Assembly: GCA_950097015.1 (NCBI GenBank)
Contig: CATNEN010000038.1
Coordinates: 26,040,001 to 26,104,000 of the forward strand
Length of the DNA: 64,000 nucleotides
Source of the DNA: Macrostomum hystrix
Taxonomy: Eukaryota > Animalia > Platyhelminthes
Reading direction: 5' to 3'
Positions 1-13,864 of this stretch are shown here, in pieces. The position numbers and the translations under genes were made by a program. Numbering within the stretch: the first letter of the stretch is position 1; each line of letters starts with the position of its first letter. The notes under the pieces are model-generated. The model saw only the letters and a program-made list of their open reading frames with translations, was not told the origin of the DNA and did no database searches.

Positions 1-485
1 ATCGAACGAGAAATGGTATCGAATGAGAAATGGTATCGAATGAGAAATGGTATCGAATGAGAAATGGTATCGAACGAGAAATGGTATCGAATGAGAAATG
101 GTATCGAATGAGAAATGGTATCGAACGAGAAATGGTATCGAATGAGAAATGGTATCGAATGAGAAATGATATCGAATGAGAAATGGTATCGAACGAGAAA
201 TGGTATCGAATGAGAAATGGTATCGAATGAGAAATGATATCGAATGAGAAATGGTATCGAATCGAATGAGAAATGGTATCGAATGAGAATGGTATCGAAT
301 CGAATGAGAAATGGTATCGAATGAGAAATGATATCGAATGAGAAATGGTATCGAATGAGAAATGGTATCGAATGAGAAATGGTATCGAATGAGAAATGGT
401 ATCGAATGAGAATGGTACGAGTATCGAATGAGAACTGGTATCGAATGAGAAATGGTATCGAATGAGAATGGTATCGAATGAAAAC
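1..485. repeat. 17-bp tandem repeat (GGTATCGAATGAGAAAT)n, truncated by window start
   Basis: Near-identical 17-bp units, directly visible. Confidence 0.97.
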
Positions 486-1245
486 TGGTGAGAATGAGAG
501 AAGCAAGCAAATGAATTTGTTATAATGCTGTTAAAACTTATGCAGACAGTTTTTAGTATATTTTAGTCCACAAACCTGTATTGCTACACTCGTATGCATC
601 TTTATGTACGCGTTCAGAATATTTCAGATAACGCAAAGTATTTTTACTGTGCAACTGTTTAATCAGTTTAATCAGAATTAAACGAAGGTATAGATTTTGG
701 AAATGGCTGAATTGTTTCACGTCTTTTTCAACAAAGCCTAGGTCCCGTTTCCTTGTAAATAAAAATGCAATATTTACATTACTTTGTACCGGGTTCATTC
801 GCTTGCAAAGTTAATCTATAGTTAAAACAGATAGCTGACCTATTAATTATAATCTTCCCACCTATATGACTCGCACGTTTATTTAGTTTCCCAAATGAAA
901 CTGCCTCATGTTGGGCCCATGCTAGCAATGTCAATTTTCAAATTATAGGCTTCCCAAACTGTCTGTGCGATCATCTGCAACTGTATTTGCGTTTCTGTGT
1001 AAACATTACCCCATTTGGGACTCTCAGTATGCAAATACAACTGTAATGTAAGCGGTATTAAAATGCTAAAAAACTCTACACTAGTTTATATTACATTACA
1101 ATAAACCTCAACTGTCATAAAGTATAGCTAAAAGTATAACCTACCTGATTTTTAACTGATTAGTAAACTACCTGATAAGTTTTTGCAGTCAGAATAAACT
1201 ACCAATACAGTCTCATAATTCTCCCGCTTAACTCTCTATACTTGT

Positions 1246-1505
1246 CGAGGCCACAATCATTTTGGGGCGCAGCCGCGGAGAGAAGGCTTGGGGGCTTGTC
1301 GTGCAATTTACGCCCTTCAGGGCCAACCTCCAAGTCATAGTGAGAGTGTACACTGCCTGACGATGAGAAAGTCAGGGCAGATGTACACACCTGTGTGCGT
1401 GTGTGCTCAGGAGTCAGCGAAACGAAAAGAATAACCTCCTAGCTGGCTGCGGGTCTAGTGTCACCAATTGATGCGCCATTGCGGTCATCCTCCAGGAAAA
1501 ATTAA
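1246..1505 (+). mobile_element. SINE family A, 5'-truncated copy
   Basis: Shares GGGGCGCAGCCGCGGAGAGAAGGCTT...GTGTACACTGCCTGACGATGAGAAAGTCAGGGC...GCTGGCTGCGGGTCTAGTGTCACC with the copies at 4757 and 31754. Confidence 0.85.
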
Positions 1506-2384
1506 TATACTAATTATTCTCTACTTGTCTCTCATGATTATCATGCATTGAAACTGAATCAAATTGTAGCTCGTACTCATGCACAAATCATCGATACCAA
1601 CTAGTTCTGCTGACTAATGCTTACGGATTAAAAAAACAGCGATGCCTCACACCCCTTACAATCCCGTTTTCGACAAAAAAAATTTGAAGATAGGCACGCA
1701 GCCCTAGCTGAATTCGCCTATTTGTTTAAACATAATCAGAACCAACAGCAATGGATGTGTGTTCGGGTCGGTGCCACGGACGCAAAAAGAGAAATTGTCG
1801 CAGCTATAGTCTGGAAGACAATTTTCGAACTCGGTTTTACCAGTTGCGGGGGAGACATTGGAAGGTATTTTCATTCGACCTGTGGAGACAGGGCACATAG
1901 GGTTTGGGGGGTTAGTAGGGAGAAAGATACAGACCAGTTGTTCCATGTATTTTCCCAATTTTCCCATTCCTAATCCTGGCCAGAGAACCACTCCATTTTC
2001 CCCATATTTCGCAGCTTTTACCTGTGCCGACTTTCATCCTAATGAAAGGGATTTTGTTGCTTTTTCAATCTTTTGTCGAGAGCTGTACGGACTGTCGACT
2101 ATTATGATTTGGTGGGAAAAATAGGCAGAAAGTTTTCCCTTACATACCGATGAAAAGGGGAGATTGGGAAGAATTGGAAAATGGGATAAGGTTTTCTAAG
2201 AAACCGTTGTGACTCTCCAAGGCACAAACTGGCATCAGAATAAATTCTAAATTCTAAAAAGTGTTCTTTAACAAACTTTTTCTCTTTTACTATCTTTTCT
2301 ACACGGGATAGAATGGATTGCTAGTCTAGAGTAAACTCGAATGAATGAACTTAATTGATTTTTCTCACAATTCCCATTGTTCAG

Positions 2385-5300
2385 GTCTATGCAGCCTGGC
2401 AGTGGTTCGCCAATTTTTGCATATTGTCTGGCTAGCGCATTCGAATCCGGAACCAACCTGCCAGATACGAAACACTATGGCCCAGTTTGTGACTGGCCTG
2501 ATTTTCACCGCTTTGCAGGCCATTGTAATTGTATTCAATGCGAAGGTAAGCTGCCTGCCAGAAAAAATAGGCTTAAACCAGAGACTGAAAGTTAAATATA
2601 ATAAGAGAATGAAACTGTAAAACAGAGAGTGAAACAGAGAGTGAATCAGAGAGTGAATCAGAGAGTGAATCTGAGAGTGAATCAGAGAGTGAATCAGAGA
2701 GTGAATCATAGAGTTAATCATAGAGTTAATCAGAGAGTAAATCAGAGAGTGAATCAGAGAGTGAATCAGAGAGTAAATCAGAGAGTGAATCAGAGAGTGA
2801 ATCAGAGAGTGAATCAGAGAGTGAATCAGAGAGTGAATCAGAGAGTGAATCAGAGAGTGAATCAGAGAGTGAATCAGAGAGTGAATCAGAGAGTGAATCA
2901 GAGAGTGAATCAGAGAGTTAATCAGAGTGTATCAGAGAGTGAATCAGAGAGTGAATCAGAGAGTGAATCAGAGAGTGAATCAGAGAGTGAATCAGAGAGT
3001 GAATCTCAGAGTGTATCAGAGAGTGAATCAGAGAGTGAATCAGAGAGTGAATCAGAGAGTGAATCTCAGAGTGTATCAGAGAGTGAATCAGAGAGTGAAT
3101 CAGAGAGTGAATCAGAGAGTTAATCAGAGTTAATCAGAGAGTGAATATTGAATGAAAGTATTAAGTACTTTAATAAAGTTCTCATTTTGAGCTCTATTCT
3201 GTCCAAGCGAGCAGAATAATTTTCACAAAAGATGGACACTTAAATAATTCCTCCTTTATTGTTGTCGCTTACCTTAGGTTCTGCTCATCAGTCTTTATAG
3301 AAATAAAATAAAACTCCAGTTGCCAGCCAGATAACAGGAACCGAATTTCCCTTGAGTTAACTTCCCTCATAGACGCTTAGTCAATAAAATCTGCTTTTTA
3401 TTGAAGCAGTTGCGTATGAAGAATTACTAGCGTATCTGGCTAGCATCATATTAATCCAAATAAGGTTATTTTTAGTCAATATTATCATTTTTTGCTTCTT
3501 CATCTAAGCGGTATTATTGAGGCCATATTTGACTGTTCAAGTTAGTTTAGTGAATCAGAGATGCTAAACTGATGATAAACTGAAACTAAAAGCTGATGAT
3601 AAACTGAAGTGAAGCTGATGATAAACTGAAGTGAAGCTGATGATAAACTGAAGTGAAGCTGATGATAAACTGAAGTGAAGCTGATGATAAACTGAAGTGA
3701 AGCTGATGCTAAACTAAAGTGAAGCTGATGCTAAACTGAAGTGAAGCTGATGATAAACTGAAGTGAAGCTGATGATAAACTGAAGTGAAGCTGATGATAA
3801 ACTGAAGTAAAGCTGATGCTAAACTGAAGTGAAGCTGATGATAAACTGAAGTGAAGCTGATGATAAACTGAAGTGAAGCTGATGATAAACTGAAGTGAAG
3901 CTGATGCTAAACTGAAGTGAAGCTGATGATAAACTGAAGTGAAGCTGATGCTAAACTGAAGTGAAGCTGATGATAAACTGAAGTGAAGCTGATGATAAAC
4001 TGAAGTGAAGCTGATGATAAACTGAAGTGAAGCTGATGATAAACTGAAGTGAAGCTGATGATAAACGGAAGTGAAGCTGATGCTAAACTGAAGTGAAGCT
4101 GATGATAAACTGAAGTGAAGCTGATGCTAAACTGAAGTGAAGCTGATGCTAAACTGAAGTGAAGCTGATGCTAAACTGAAGTGAAGCTGATGATAAACTG
4201 AAGTAAAGCTGATGCTAAACTGAAGTGAAGCTGATGCTAAACTGAAGTGAAGCTGATGATAAACTGAAGTAAAGCTGATGCTAAACTGAAGTGAAACCAT
4301 AAAAAATCATTCTAGACTCAAACTCATCCAATAATCTCTCCCATCGAAACCTTTTTCAGTTGAGCATTCGCAGCCTAGCACAGGGCGGCTCACCAGCTAT
4401 TCAGTTTGGTCTGGTCCATCTAATTAGTGCCAACCTGTGCTCATGGATCCGGGCGTGTACTATTGACAACCTGTTCGTTCGCGCTGTCAGTTTCGTTGCT
4501 ATGGTTAACGCGAATTCAAACAGCTCTTATACTACTTCTACTGCTTATACTACTGTCAGCAGTAGTGCACTGATTAGGAAATGTTTTAAATTCTCGGTCG
4601 AAGACGCTGGAAGCTTGGTTACTGTTTCCGAGCCGTATCTGATGCTGGCGGCTGGAGTGCAATGCCTACTAACTGTCGGTGAGTAGTGTTTGCAGTCTTC
4701 ACACTAGAGGATAAATTACATGTTTAACTAAACTATGACCAGTAAGTATGGGCTTAGGGGGGATGAGTGGCAGAGCTGTCTAACGCGTTTGCCTCTCGCA
4801 CCAAGTAGCCTGAACTCGATTCCGCGGCGAGGCCACATTTACTTGGGGCGCAGTCGCGGAGAGAAGGCTCGGGGGCTTGTCGTGCAATTTACGCACTTGT
4901 GGGCCAACCTCCAAGGCACAGAATACACTGCCTGACAATGAGAAATTCAGGGCTGATTTACACACTTGTGTGAGCGTATGCCATCGTACAGTATCTGTGG
5001 CGAGTAAGTACAGTGTAAAATTGCCCCTTCGCTGGCTAGGGGTCTACTGTCACCAAATTATGTGCGATTGCCCGCATGGCAATTATCTACTCAAGCAATT
5101 ATTTCCTGCAATCATCAAGTATGGGCTTATAAAGCCGATTATGTCAGCAAATGATGTGCCAGTGCTCAAAGCCACATAAAAATTAATTTTTTATGATCTC
5201 GCCTAGGAATACTTTAATTTTAACCAAGCGTCATTATATTGTAAGAGCAGCTATGACTAATCACCAAATCTATTTTTAGAACACTAGAAAGTCACGTGTT

Positions 5301-7042
5301 ACTTTTCAGCCAATAAGAGCTAGTGACCTTTTAATCACGCGCGGTATGCGTGAGCGTCTGTGCTTTTTATGTTTACGACCCACAACATCTAAACCCAGAT
5401 TAACACTCAAAAGAATTGTCCGCCAATTGGTGTGACCTCAGTTTTCACCAATTATTTTGCAGCCATCCTCATGACCGTACGCGGATGTGGAACAATCGCA
5501 GCAGTCAGTCATCGCATAGTGCATCAACTTCACCGAAGTCAAACGCTGCGTAGTTCCATCAGAACTGGCGCGATAAATGTCGAAGCAGATGACATCATTA
5601 GCGAGGCCAACTCCAGCTGGTGGAGACGTCGCTTGGACTGCTCCGGCTCTCGGCGTGGACTTTTCCTCGGCCTTGGAACGTTGGTGACGTCGTGCGCCTG
5701 TCTTCTGGCTGCCTGCGTGCTGAACCAGACCAGCAGCTTCGCCCGAGCTGGCAGCCTGCTGAGCCACTGCTCTGAGGCTGCCCTGTTGGGCCTGGCCCTG
5801 ACGTCCTGCCTGTTCGCATTTCCCCGCCTGGCGGACCTGATGTACTTAGATCGCGACGCCGAGTGTCAACGCGACGCCGAGGTCTGCTGGGCGGATCAGC
5901 GGCTCCAGGCAGTCGGTCTGTTCGGCGTTTTCGCCATCAGCGCGATGCGGTTAGTCCCGTCCTCCAGCCCGGAGGCGGCGGCTTCGGCAGTGCTGCAGAT
6001 TCTGCAGGTGAGAAAGTCTTATTGTGAAGGGAAAGAACCCTGAGAAATACTCTTAGTTTACCAACTGGATGGAGGTGATAATTTGTCAAACAGCGAGGTT
6101 AATTTGACACTGATGGAGAAGCAATCATTTTAGAATCAATGTGCTTATAAATGATTAAGAGTTTGTAAATTTTCAGAAGTTTACAAAATATTGACTGCGG
6201 TGAGAGTGTACGTGCTCTGAATGAAAATTAAAATGGCATGACGGGTGTACACAACCTGTGTAAGTGTGTACCTGCCTCTGCCTGAGTGTCTACGTGTATA
6301 AAATTAATGATATTATTTTCTTTTGGCCTAAAGAGTCTAAGAAGAATTAAGAATTAAAACATTAGACAATGCAGTTATTTTAGAATGTATCGCTAGCATA
6401 TAAAATAAATGGAATTTATCTCTTTAGAGGTCGATGAAGCTACAAATAAAGAAGCAAGTTTTAATCGATAAAGCCTTTGGTTAGCCTCCAATAAAAATAG
6501 TCCTTAAATTTTACAGATGAAGCGATCGTTTCCTATCTCCGCTGTGTAATTTTCGGTCAAAACCTGCCTTCTAAACTTTGTTTCCAAGAAAGACAGTTTC
6601 CCGTCCATCTGCTCCTAGTGGTCCTTCTACTTCAGATTTTTTTGGAGTCAGCGAAATGGGCAGAATGGCCTACTCGCTGGCTGCGGCCTGCAGCCCTCCT
6701 GCAATTATTTTAATTATTATTATTAATATTATTCCCAAACCAAAATTATAACCAATATAGGCGGCAGTCCAGACTGCATTGGTGACCACAGCCAGTAGGA
6801 TGCGATCCTACAAGGCCTTACATTTTCGGGATCGACCGGGGCGCGAACTTGTGACCTTCCTTGCCGCTTGCAACGCCGGCCTATTGGCGTTCGCCGTGGC
6901 GGAGCCGTTGCGATCCGACTGGGCGGCGCAGACGAGCGTTGGAGCTGTGACCACAGCGTTCTGCAGGCCTCTGACCTGCTTGTATCGCTTGCACAGCCTA
7001 TTGTGTCTAGTTAGAATCTGGCGCACAGCCTACTTAAAGTAG
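2385..7042 (+). CDS. Otopetrin (OTOP) proton-channel homolog, 5'-partial; exons 2385-2545, 4360-4678, 5463-6007, 6761-7042
   Basis: All junctions GT-AG and phase-compatible (0,1,0). Otopetrin motifs: FTALQAIVIVFNAK, FGLVHLISANLCSWIR, EPYL, RPGRELVTFLAACN and PLTCLYRLHSLLCLVRIWRTAY (cf. PLxIFYRFHSxxCLxEIW). The upstream exon(s) were not found. Confidence 0.85.
2621..3146. repeat. 12-bp tandem repeat (GTGAATCAGAGA)n in otopetrin intron
   Basis: Directly visible; produces the spurious NQRV/SE ORFs. Confidence 0.97.
3560..4295. repeat. 22-bp tandem repeat (AAACTGAAGTGAAGCTGATGAT/GCT)n in otopetrin intron
   Basis: Directly visible. Confidence 0.97.
4757..5085 (+). mobile_element. SINE family A, near full length (tRNA-derived head)
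   Basis: Head GGGGGATGAGTGGCAGAGC (A box) and CTCGATTCC (B box), followed by the body shared with more than 10 other pieces in the window. Confidence 0.85.
6644..6725 (+). mobile_element. SINE family A 3' remnant with (ATT)n tail
   Basis: GGAGTCAGCGAAATGGGCAGAAT...GCTGGCTGCGG...CAGCCCTCCTGCAATTATT matches the family 3' end. Confidence 0.7.
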
Positions 7043-7276
7043 TTGTCGATTTATAGATTGATGATTTGCTAGAAACAAAATTATTGATGATTAAAATAAT
7101 AATAATAATAACTCATAGATTACACTTGCCCCAATCCGTTCAAATGTGCAGTCTACAGCTCAGCCGCAGCTATCGCATGGCACAACTGAAGGTCGCGTAC
7201 CGCTGTTCAGTCCATGGACTGGGGGACGCCACACTCACCCTTAATTATCACAGCTGTTAATTATCCAGCCATCGAT

Positions 7277-8118
7277 CTATCTATTGCTAGATAGATCGAT
7301 GGCTGGATTGCTAGATAGATCGATGGCTGGATTGCTAGATAGATAGATGGCTGGATTGCTAGATAGATCGATGGCTGGATTGCTAGATAGATAGATGGCT
7401 GGATTGCTAGATAGATAGATGGCTGGATTGCTAGATAGATAGATGACCGGATTGCTAGATAGATAGATGGCTGGATTGCTAGATAGATGGGTGGTGTCGG
7501 GACCGCTAGATAGATGGATGGTGTCGGGATTGCTAGATAGATGGATGTTGTCGGGACCGCTAGATAGATAGATGGCCGGATTGCTAGATAGATGGATGGT
7601 GTCGGGACCGCTAGATAGATGGATGGCTGGATTGCTAGATAGATGGATGGTGTCGGGACCGCTAGATAGATGGATGGCTGGATTGCTAGATAGATAGATG
7701 GCCGGATAGCTAGATAGATAGATGGCCGGATAGCTAGATAGGTAGATGGCCGGATAGCTAGATAGATAGATGGCCGGATAGCTAGATAGATAGATGGCCG
7801 GATAGCTAGATAGATAGATGGCCGGATAGCTAGATAGATAGATGGCCGGATAGCTAGATAGATAGATGGCCGGATTGCTAGATAGATAGATGGCCGGATA
7901 GCTAGATAGATAGATGGCCGGATAGCTAGATAGATAGATGGCCGGATAGCTAGATAGATAGATGGCCGGATAGCTAGATAGATAGATGGCCGGATAGCTA
8001 GATAGATAGATGGCCGGATAGCTAGATAGATAGATGGCCGGATTGCTAGATAGATAGATGGCCGGATAGCTAGATAGATAGATGGCCGGATTGCTAGATA
8101 GATCGATGGCTGGATTGC
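7277..8118. repeat. 24-bp GATA-rich tandem repeat (GCTAGATAGATAGATGGCCGGATA)n
   Basis: Directly visible; produces the spurious SSYPAIYL ORF. Confidence 0.97.
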
Positions 8119-8924
8119 AAGATCCTAAACTTGACACTCTCTTAAACTAAATAGTGTTTAAACTAGTTTCAAATAAACCACACACAGTTTTTAATAATTT
8201 TTTTATCAATCTATTAATCCAACGCTCTGATTTCTAGAATATATAGTTACTACTTGTTGTGATTCTACGAGTATATTTTAAATGCTAAGTAATTGTGATT
8301 TCAATATAGCTGACTTCGCTTCATATCTGGAAACAAATTTTACACATCAATTGATTTTTCATTAGACTAAATTCATATTTCGCTAGCTGCTACACAATGC
8401 TTTACAAAGCTGGCGTAACTGTGTTGCTTACTTTGCTATTTGATTACAATTGAAACTACTTGCCCGCAATGACAGCGACACTCTACGTGTATTTCGTTTA
8501 TTGATATCGACTTGCTTAACCAGATGACAGTATTTATATTAACTAATGCTTCTGTTAAAAAGTCAAATTATTTATTTATTTCAGCAAAATTTCATGTCGT
8601 CATATAATATTTAGTAATCATATCTGGAGTCTGAAAATTACTCACTACAAAGTTTAATATTAGATGACACAAATAAGCATTTATCAGTGCAGCATGAGTT
8701 TCGCACCTTAATTATGGTTAAGTCAAGCTAAAACTTTCCCATTTAAAAGGCTTGGCTATCGAACCAGAACCAGAACTTGTAGCCAATTCACTTGCAGCTT
8801 TTGCGAAATATATTTATAAAATATTGTTCGCTTTCGCATGTGATAACAATTTATGGCATGAAAACTAAATAATACATATTAGTCGCTCTGATTATTTACA
8901 TTTTTTTCTAAGACGAGTGAGAAT

Positions 8925-11900
8925 ACATCTTCATGTATTCTCAGGGCACTATTCACGTGTTCACAGGACACTCTCATGTATTCTCAGAACACTCTCATGT
9001 ATTCTCAGGACAATCTTCATGTATTCTCAGGACAATCTTCATGTATTCTCAGGACACTCTTCATGTATTCTCAGAACACTCTCATGTATTCTCAGGACAC
9101 TCTTCATGTATTCTCAGGACAATCTTCATGTATTCTCATGATACTTTTCATGTATTCTCAGGACACTCTCATGTATTCTCAGGACACTCTTCCTGTATTC
9201 TCAGGACAATCTTCCTGTATTCTCAGGACAATCTTCATGTATTCTCAGGACACTCTCATGTATTCTCAGGACACTCTTCATGTATTCTCAGGACACTCTT
9301 CCTGTATTCTCAGGACAATCTTCATGTATTCTCAGGACACTCTCATGTATTCTCAGGACACTCTTCATGTATTCTCAGGACACTCTTCATGTATTCTCAG
9401 GACAATCTTCATGTATTCTCAGGACACTCTCATATATTCTCAGGACACTCTTCATGTATTCTCAGGATACTCTTCCTGTATTCTCAGACACTCTTCATGT
9501 ATTCTCAGACACTCTTCATGTATTCTCAGGACACTCTTCATGTATTCTCAGGATACTCTTCCTGTATTCTCAGGACAATCTTCATGTATTCTCAGGACAC
9601 TCTTCCTGTATTCTCAGGACACTCTTCCTGTATTCTCAGGACAATCTTCATGTATTCTCAGGACACTCTTCATGTATTCTCAGGACAATCTTCATGTATT
9701 CTCAGGGCACTATTCACGTGTTCACAGGACACTCTTCATGTATTCTCAGGACACTCTTCCTGCATTCTCAGGACAATCTTCATGTATTCTCAGGACACTC
9801 TTCATGTGTTCTCAGGACACTCTTCCTGTATTCTCAGGACAATCTTCATGTATTCTCAGGACAATCTTCATGTATTCTCAGGGCACTATTCACGTGTTCA
9901 CAGGACACTCTTCATGTATTCTCAGGACACTCTCATGTATTCTAAGGACACTCTCATGTATTCTCAGGACACTCTTCCTGTATTCTCAGGACAATCTTCA
10001 TGTATTCTCAGGGCACTCTTCATGTATTCTCAGGACACTCTTCCTGTATTCTCAGGACACTCTTCATGTATTCTCAGGACAATCTTCATGTATTCTCAGG
10101 GCACTATTCACGTGTTCACAGGACACTCTTCATGTATTCTCAGGACACTCTCATGTATTCTAAGGACACTCTTCATGTATTCTCAGGACAATCTTCATGT
10201 ATTCTCAGGGCACTATTCACGTGTTCAAAGGACACTCTCATGTATTCTCAGGACACTCTCATGTATTCTAAGGACACTCTTCATGAATTCTCAGGACAAT
10301 CTTCATGTATTCTCAGGGCACTATTCACGTGTTCACAGGACACTCTTCATGTATTCTCAGGACACTCTCATGTATTCTAAGGACACTCTTCATGTATTCT
10401 CAGGACAATCTTCATGTATTCTCAGGGCACTATTCACGTGTTCAAAGGACACTCTCATGTATTCTCAGGACACTCTCATGTATTCTAAGGACACTCTTCA
10501 TGTATTCTCAGGACAATCTTCATGTATTCTCAGGGCACTATTCACGTGTTCACAGGACACTCTCATGTATTCTCAGGGCACTATTCACGTGTTCAAAGGA
10601 CACTCTCATGTATTCTCAGGACACTCTCATGTATTCTAAAGTCACTCTTCATGTATTCTCAGGACACTCTTCATGTATTCTCAGGACACTCTTCATGTAT
10701 TCTCAGGATACTCTTCCTGTATTCTCAGGACACTCTTCATGTATTCACAGGACACTCTTCATGTATTCTCAGGACACTCTTCATGTGTTCACAGGGCACT
10801 CTTCCTGTATTCTAAGGACACTCTTCATGCATTCTCAGGATACTCTTCATGCATTCTCAGGACACTCTTCATGCATTCTCAGGATACTCTTCATGTGTTC
10901 ACAGGGCACTCTTCCTGTATTCTCAGGACACTCTTCATGTATTCTAAGGACACTCTTCATGTGTTCACAGGGCACTCTTCCTGTATTCTAAGGACACTCT
11001 TCATGCATTCTCAGGACACTCTTCATGTATTCTCAGGACACTCTTCATGCATTCTCAGGACACTCTTCATGTATTCTCAGGACACTCTTCATGTAATCTC
11101 AGGACACTCTTCATGTATTCTCAGGACACTCTTCATGTGATCTCAGGACACTCTTCCTGTATTCTCAGGACACTCTTCCTGTATTCTCAGGACACTCTTC
11201 ATGTATTCTCAGGACACTCTTCATGTATTCTCAGGACACTCTTCATGTATTCTCAGGACACTCTTCATGTATTCTCAGGACACTCTTCATGTATTCTCAG
11301 GACACTCTTCCTGTATTCTCAGGACACTCTTCATGTATTCTCAGGACACTCTTCATGTATTCTCAGGACACTCTTCATGTATTCTCAGGACACTCTTCAT
11401 GTATTCTCAGGACACTCTTCCTGTATTCTCAGGACACTCTTCATGTATTCTCAGGACACTCTTCATGTATTCTCAGGACACTCTTCATGTGTTCACAGGG
11501 CACTCTTCCTGTATTCTCAGGACACTCTTCATGCATTCTCAGGATACTCTTCATGCATTCTCAGGACACTCTTCATGCATTCTCAGGACACTCTTCATGT
11601 GTTCACAGGGCACTCTTCCTGTATTCTCAGGACAATCTTCATGTATTCTAAGGACACTCTTCATGTGTTCACAGGGCACTCTTCCTGTATTCTAAGGACA
11701 CTCTTCATGCATTCTCAGGACACTCTTCATGTATTCTCAGGACACTCTTCATGCATTCTCCGGACACTCTTCATGTATTCTCAGGACACTCTTCCTATAT
11801 TCTCAGGACACTCTTCATGTATTTTCAGGACACTCTTCATGTATTCTCAGGACACTCTTCATGTATTCTCAGGACACTCTTCATGTATTCTCAGGACACT

Positions 11901-13864
11901 CTTCATGCATTCTCCGGACACTCTTCATGTATTCTCAGGACACTCTTCATGTATTCTCAGGACACTCTTCATGTATTCTCAGGACAATCTTCATGTATTC
12001 TCAGGACACTCTTCATGTATTCTCAGGGCACTATTCACGTGTTCACAGGACACTCTTCATGTATTCTCAGGACACTCTCATGTATTCTCAGGACACTCTT
12101 CATGTATTCTCAGGACAATCTTCATGTATTCTCAGGACACTCTTCCTGTATTCTCAGGACAATCTTCATGTATTCTCAGGACACTCTTCATGTATTCTCA
12201 GGACAATCTTCATGTATTCTCAGGGCACTATTCACGTGTTCAAAGGACACTCTCATGTATTCTCAGGACAATCTTCATGTATTCTCAGGGCACTATTCAC
12301 GTGTTCAAAGGACACTCTCATGTATTCTCAGGACAATCTTCATGTATTCTCAGGGCACTATTCACGTGTTCAAAGGACACTCTCATGTATTCTCAGGACA
12401 ATCTTCATGTATTCTCAGGACAATCTTCATGTATTCTCAGGACACTCTTCCTGTATTCTCAGGACAATCTTCATGTATTCTCAGGACACTCTTCATGTAT
12501 TCTCAGGACAATCTTCATGTATTCTCAGGGCACTATTCACGTGTTCACAGGACACTCTTCATGTATTCTCAGGACACTCTCATGTATTCTAAGGACACTC
12601 TTCATGTATTCTCAGGACAATCTTCATGTATTCTCAGGGCACTATTCACGTGTTCAAAGGACACTCTCATGTATTCTCAGGACACTCTCATGTATTCTAA
12701 GGACACTCTTCATGTATTCTCAGGACAATCTTCATGTATTCTCAGGGCACTATTCACGTGTTCAAAGGACACTCTCATGTATTCTCAGGACAATCTTCAT
12801 GTATTCTCAGGGCACTATTCACGTGTTCAAAGGACACTCTCATGTATTCTCAGGACAATCTTCATGTATTCTCAGGGCACTATTCACGTGTTCAAAGGAC
12901 ACTCTCATGTATTCTCAGGACAATCTTCATGTATTCTCAGGGCACTATTCACGTGTTCAAAGGACACTCTCATGTATTCTCAGGACAATCTTCATGTATT
13001 CTCAGGGCACTATTCACGTGTTCAAAGGACACTCTTCATGTATTCTCAGGACACTCTTCATGTATTCTCAGGACACTCTTCATGTATTCTCAGGACACTC
13101 TTCATGTAATCTCAGGACACTCTTCATGTATTCTCAGGACACTCTTCATGTAATCTCAGGACACTCTTCATGCATTCTCAGGATACTCTTCCTGTATTCT
13201 CAGGACACTCTTCATGTATTCTAAGGACACTCTTCATGTGTTCACAGGGCACTCTTCCTGTATTCTCAGGACACTCTTCATGTATTCTCAGGACACTCTT
13301 CATGTATTCTCAGGGCACTATTCACGTGTTCACAGGACACTCTTCATGTATTCTCAGGACACTCTCATGTATTCTAAGGACACTCTTCATGTATTCTCAG
13401 GACAATCTTCATGTATTCTCAGGACACTCTTCCTGTATTCTCAGGACACTCTTCATGTATTCTCAGGACAATCTTCATGTATTCTAAGGACACTCTTCAT
13501 GTATTCTCAGGACAATCTTCATGTATTCTCAGGACACTCTTCCTGTATTCTCAGGACACTCTTCATGTATTCTCAGGACAATCTTCATGTATTCTCAGGG
13601 CACTATTCACGTGTTCACAGGACACTCTTCATGTATTCTCAGGACACTCTTCCTGTATTCTCAGGACACTCTCATGTATTCTCAGGACACTCTTCATGTA
13701 TTCTCAGGACACTCTTCATGTATTCTCAGGACACTCTTCCTGTATTCTCAGGACACTCTTCCTGTATTCTCAGGACACTCTTCATGTATTCTCAGGACAC
13801 TCTTCATGTATTCTCAGGACACTCTTCCTGTATTCTCAGGACACTCTCATGTATTCTAAGGACA
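8925..13864. repeat. 22-bp satellite (CAGGACACTCTTCATGTATTCT)n with 21-bp variants, left part
   Basis: Directly visible ~5 kb array with recurrent variant units. Confidence 0.98.

Noticed and set aside
1346-1390. Hammerhead-like CTGACGA..GAAA..GTC in SINE A central domain
   Set aside because: Only 3 nt separate CUGANGA and GAAA (no stem II) and there is no stem III; CTGAC simply pairs with GTCAG in a hairpin.
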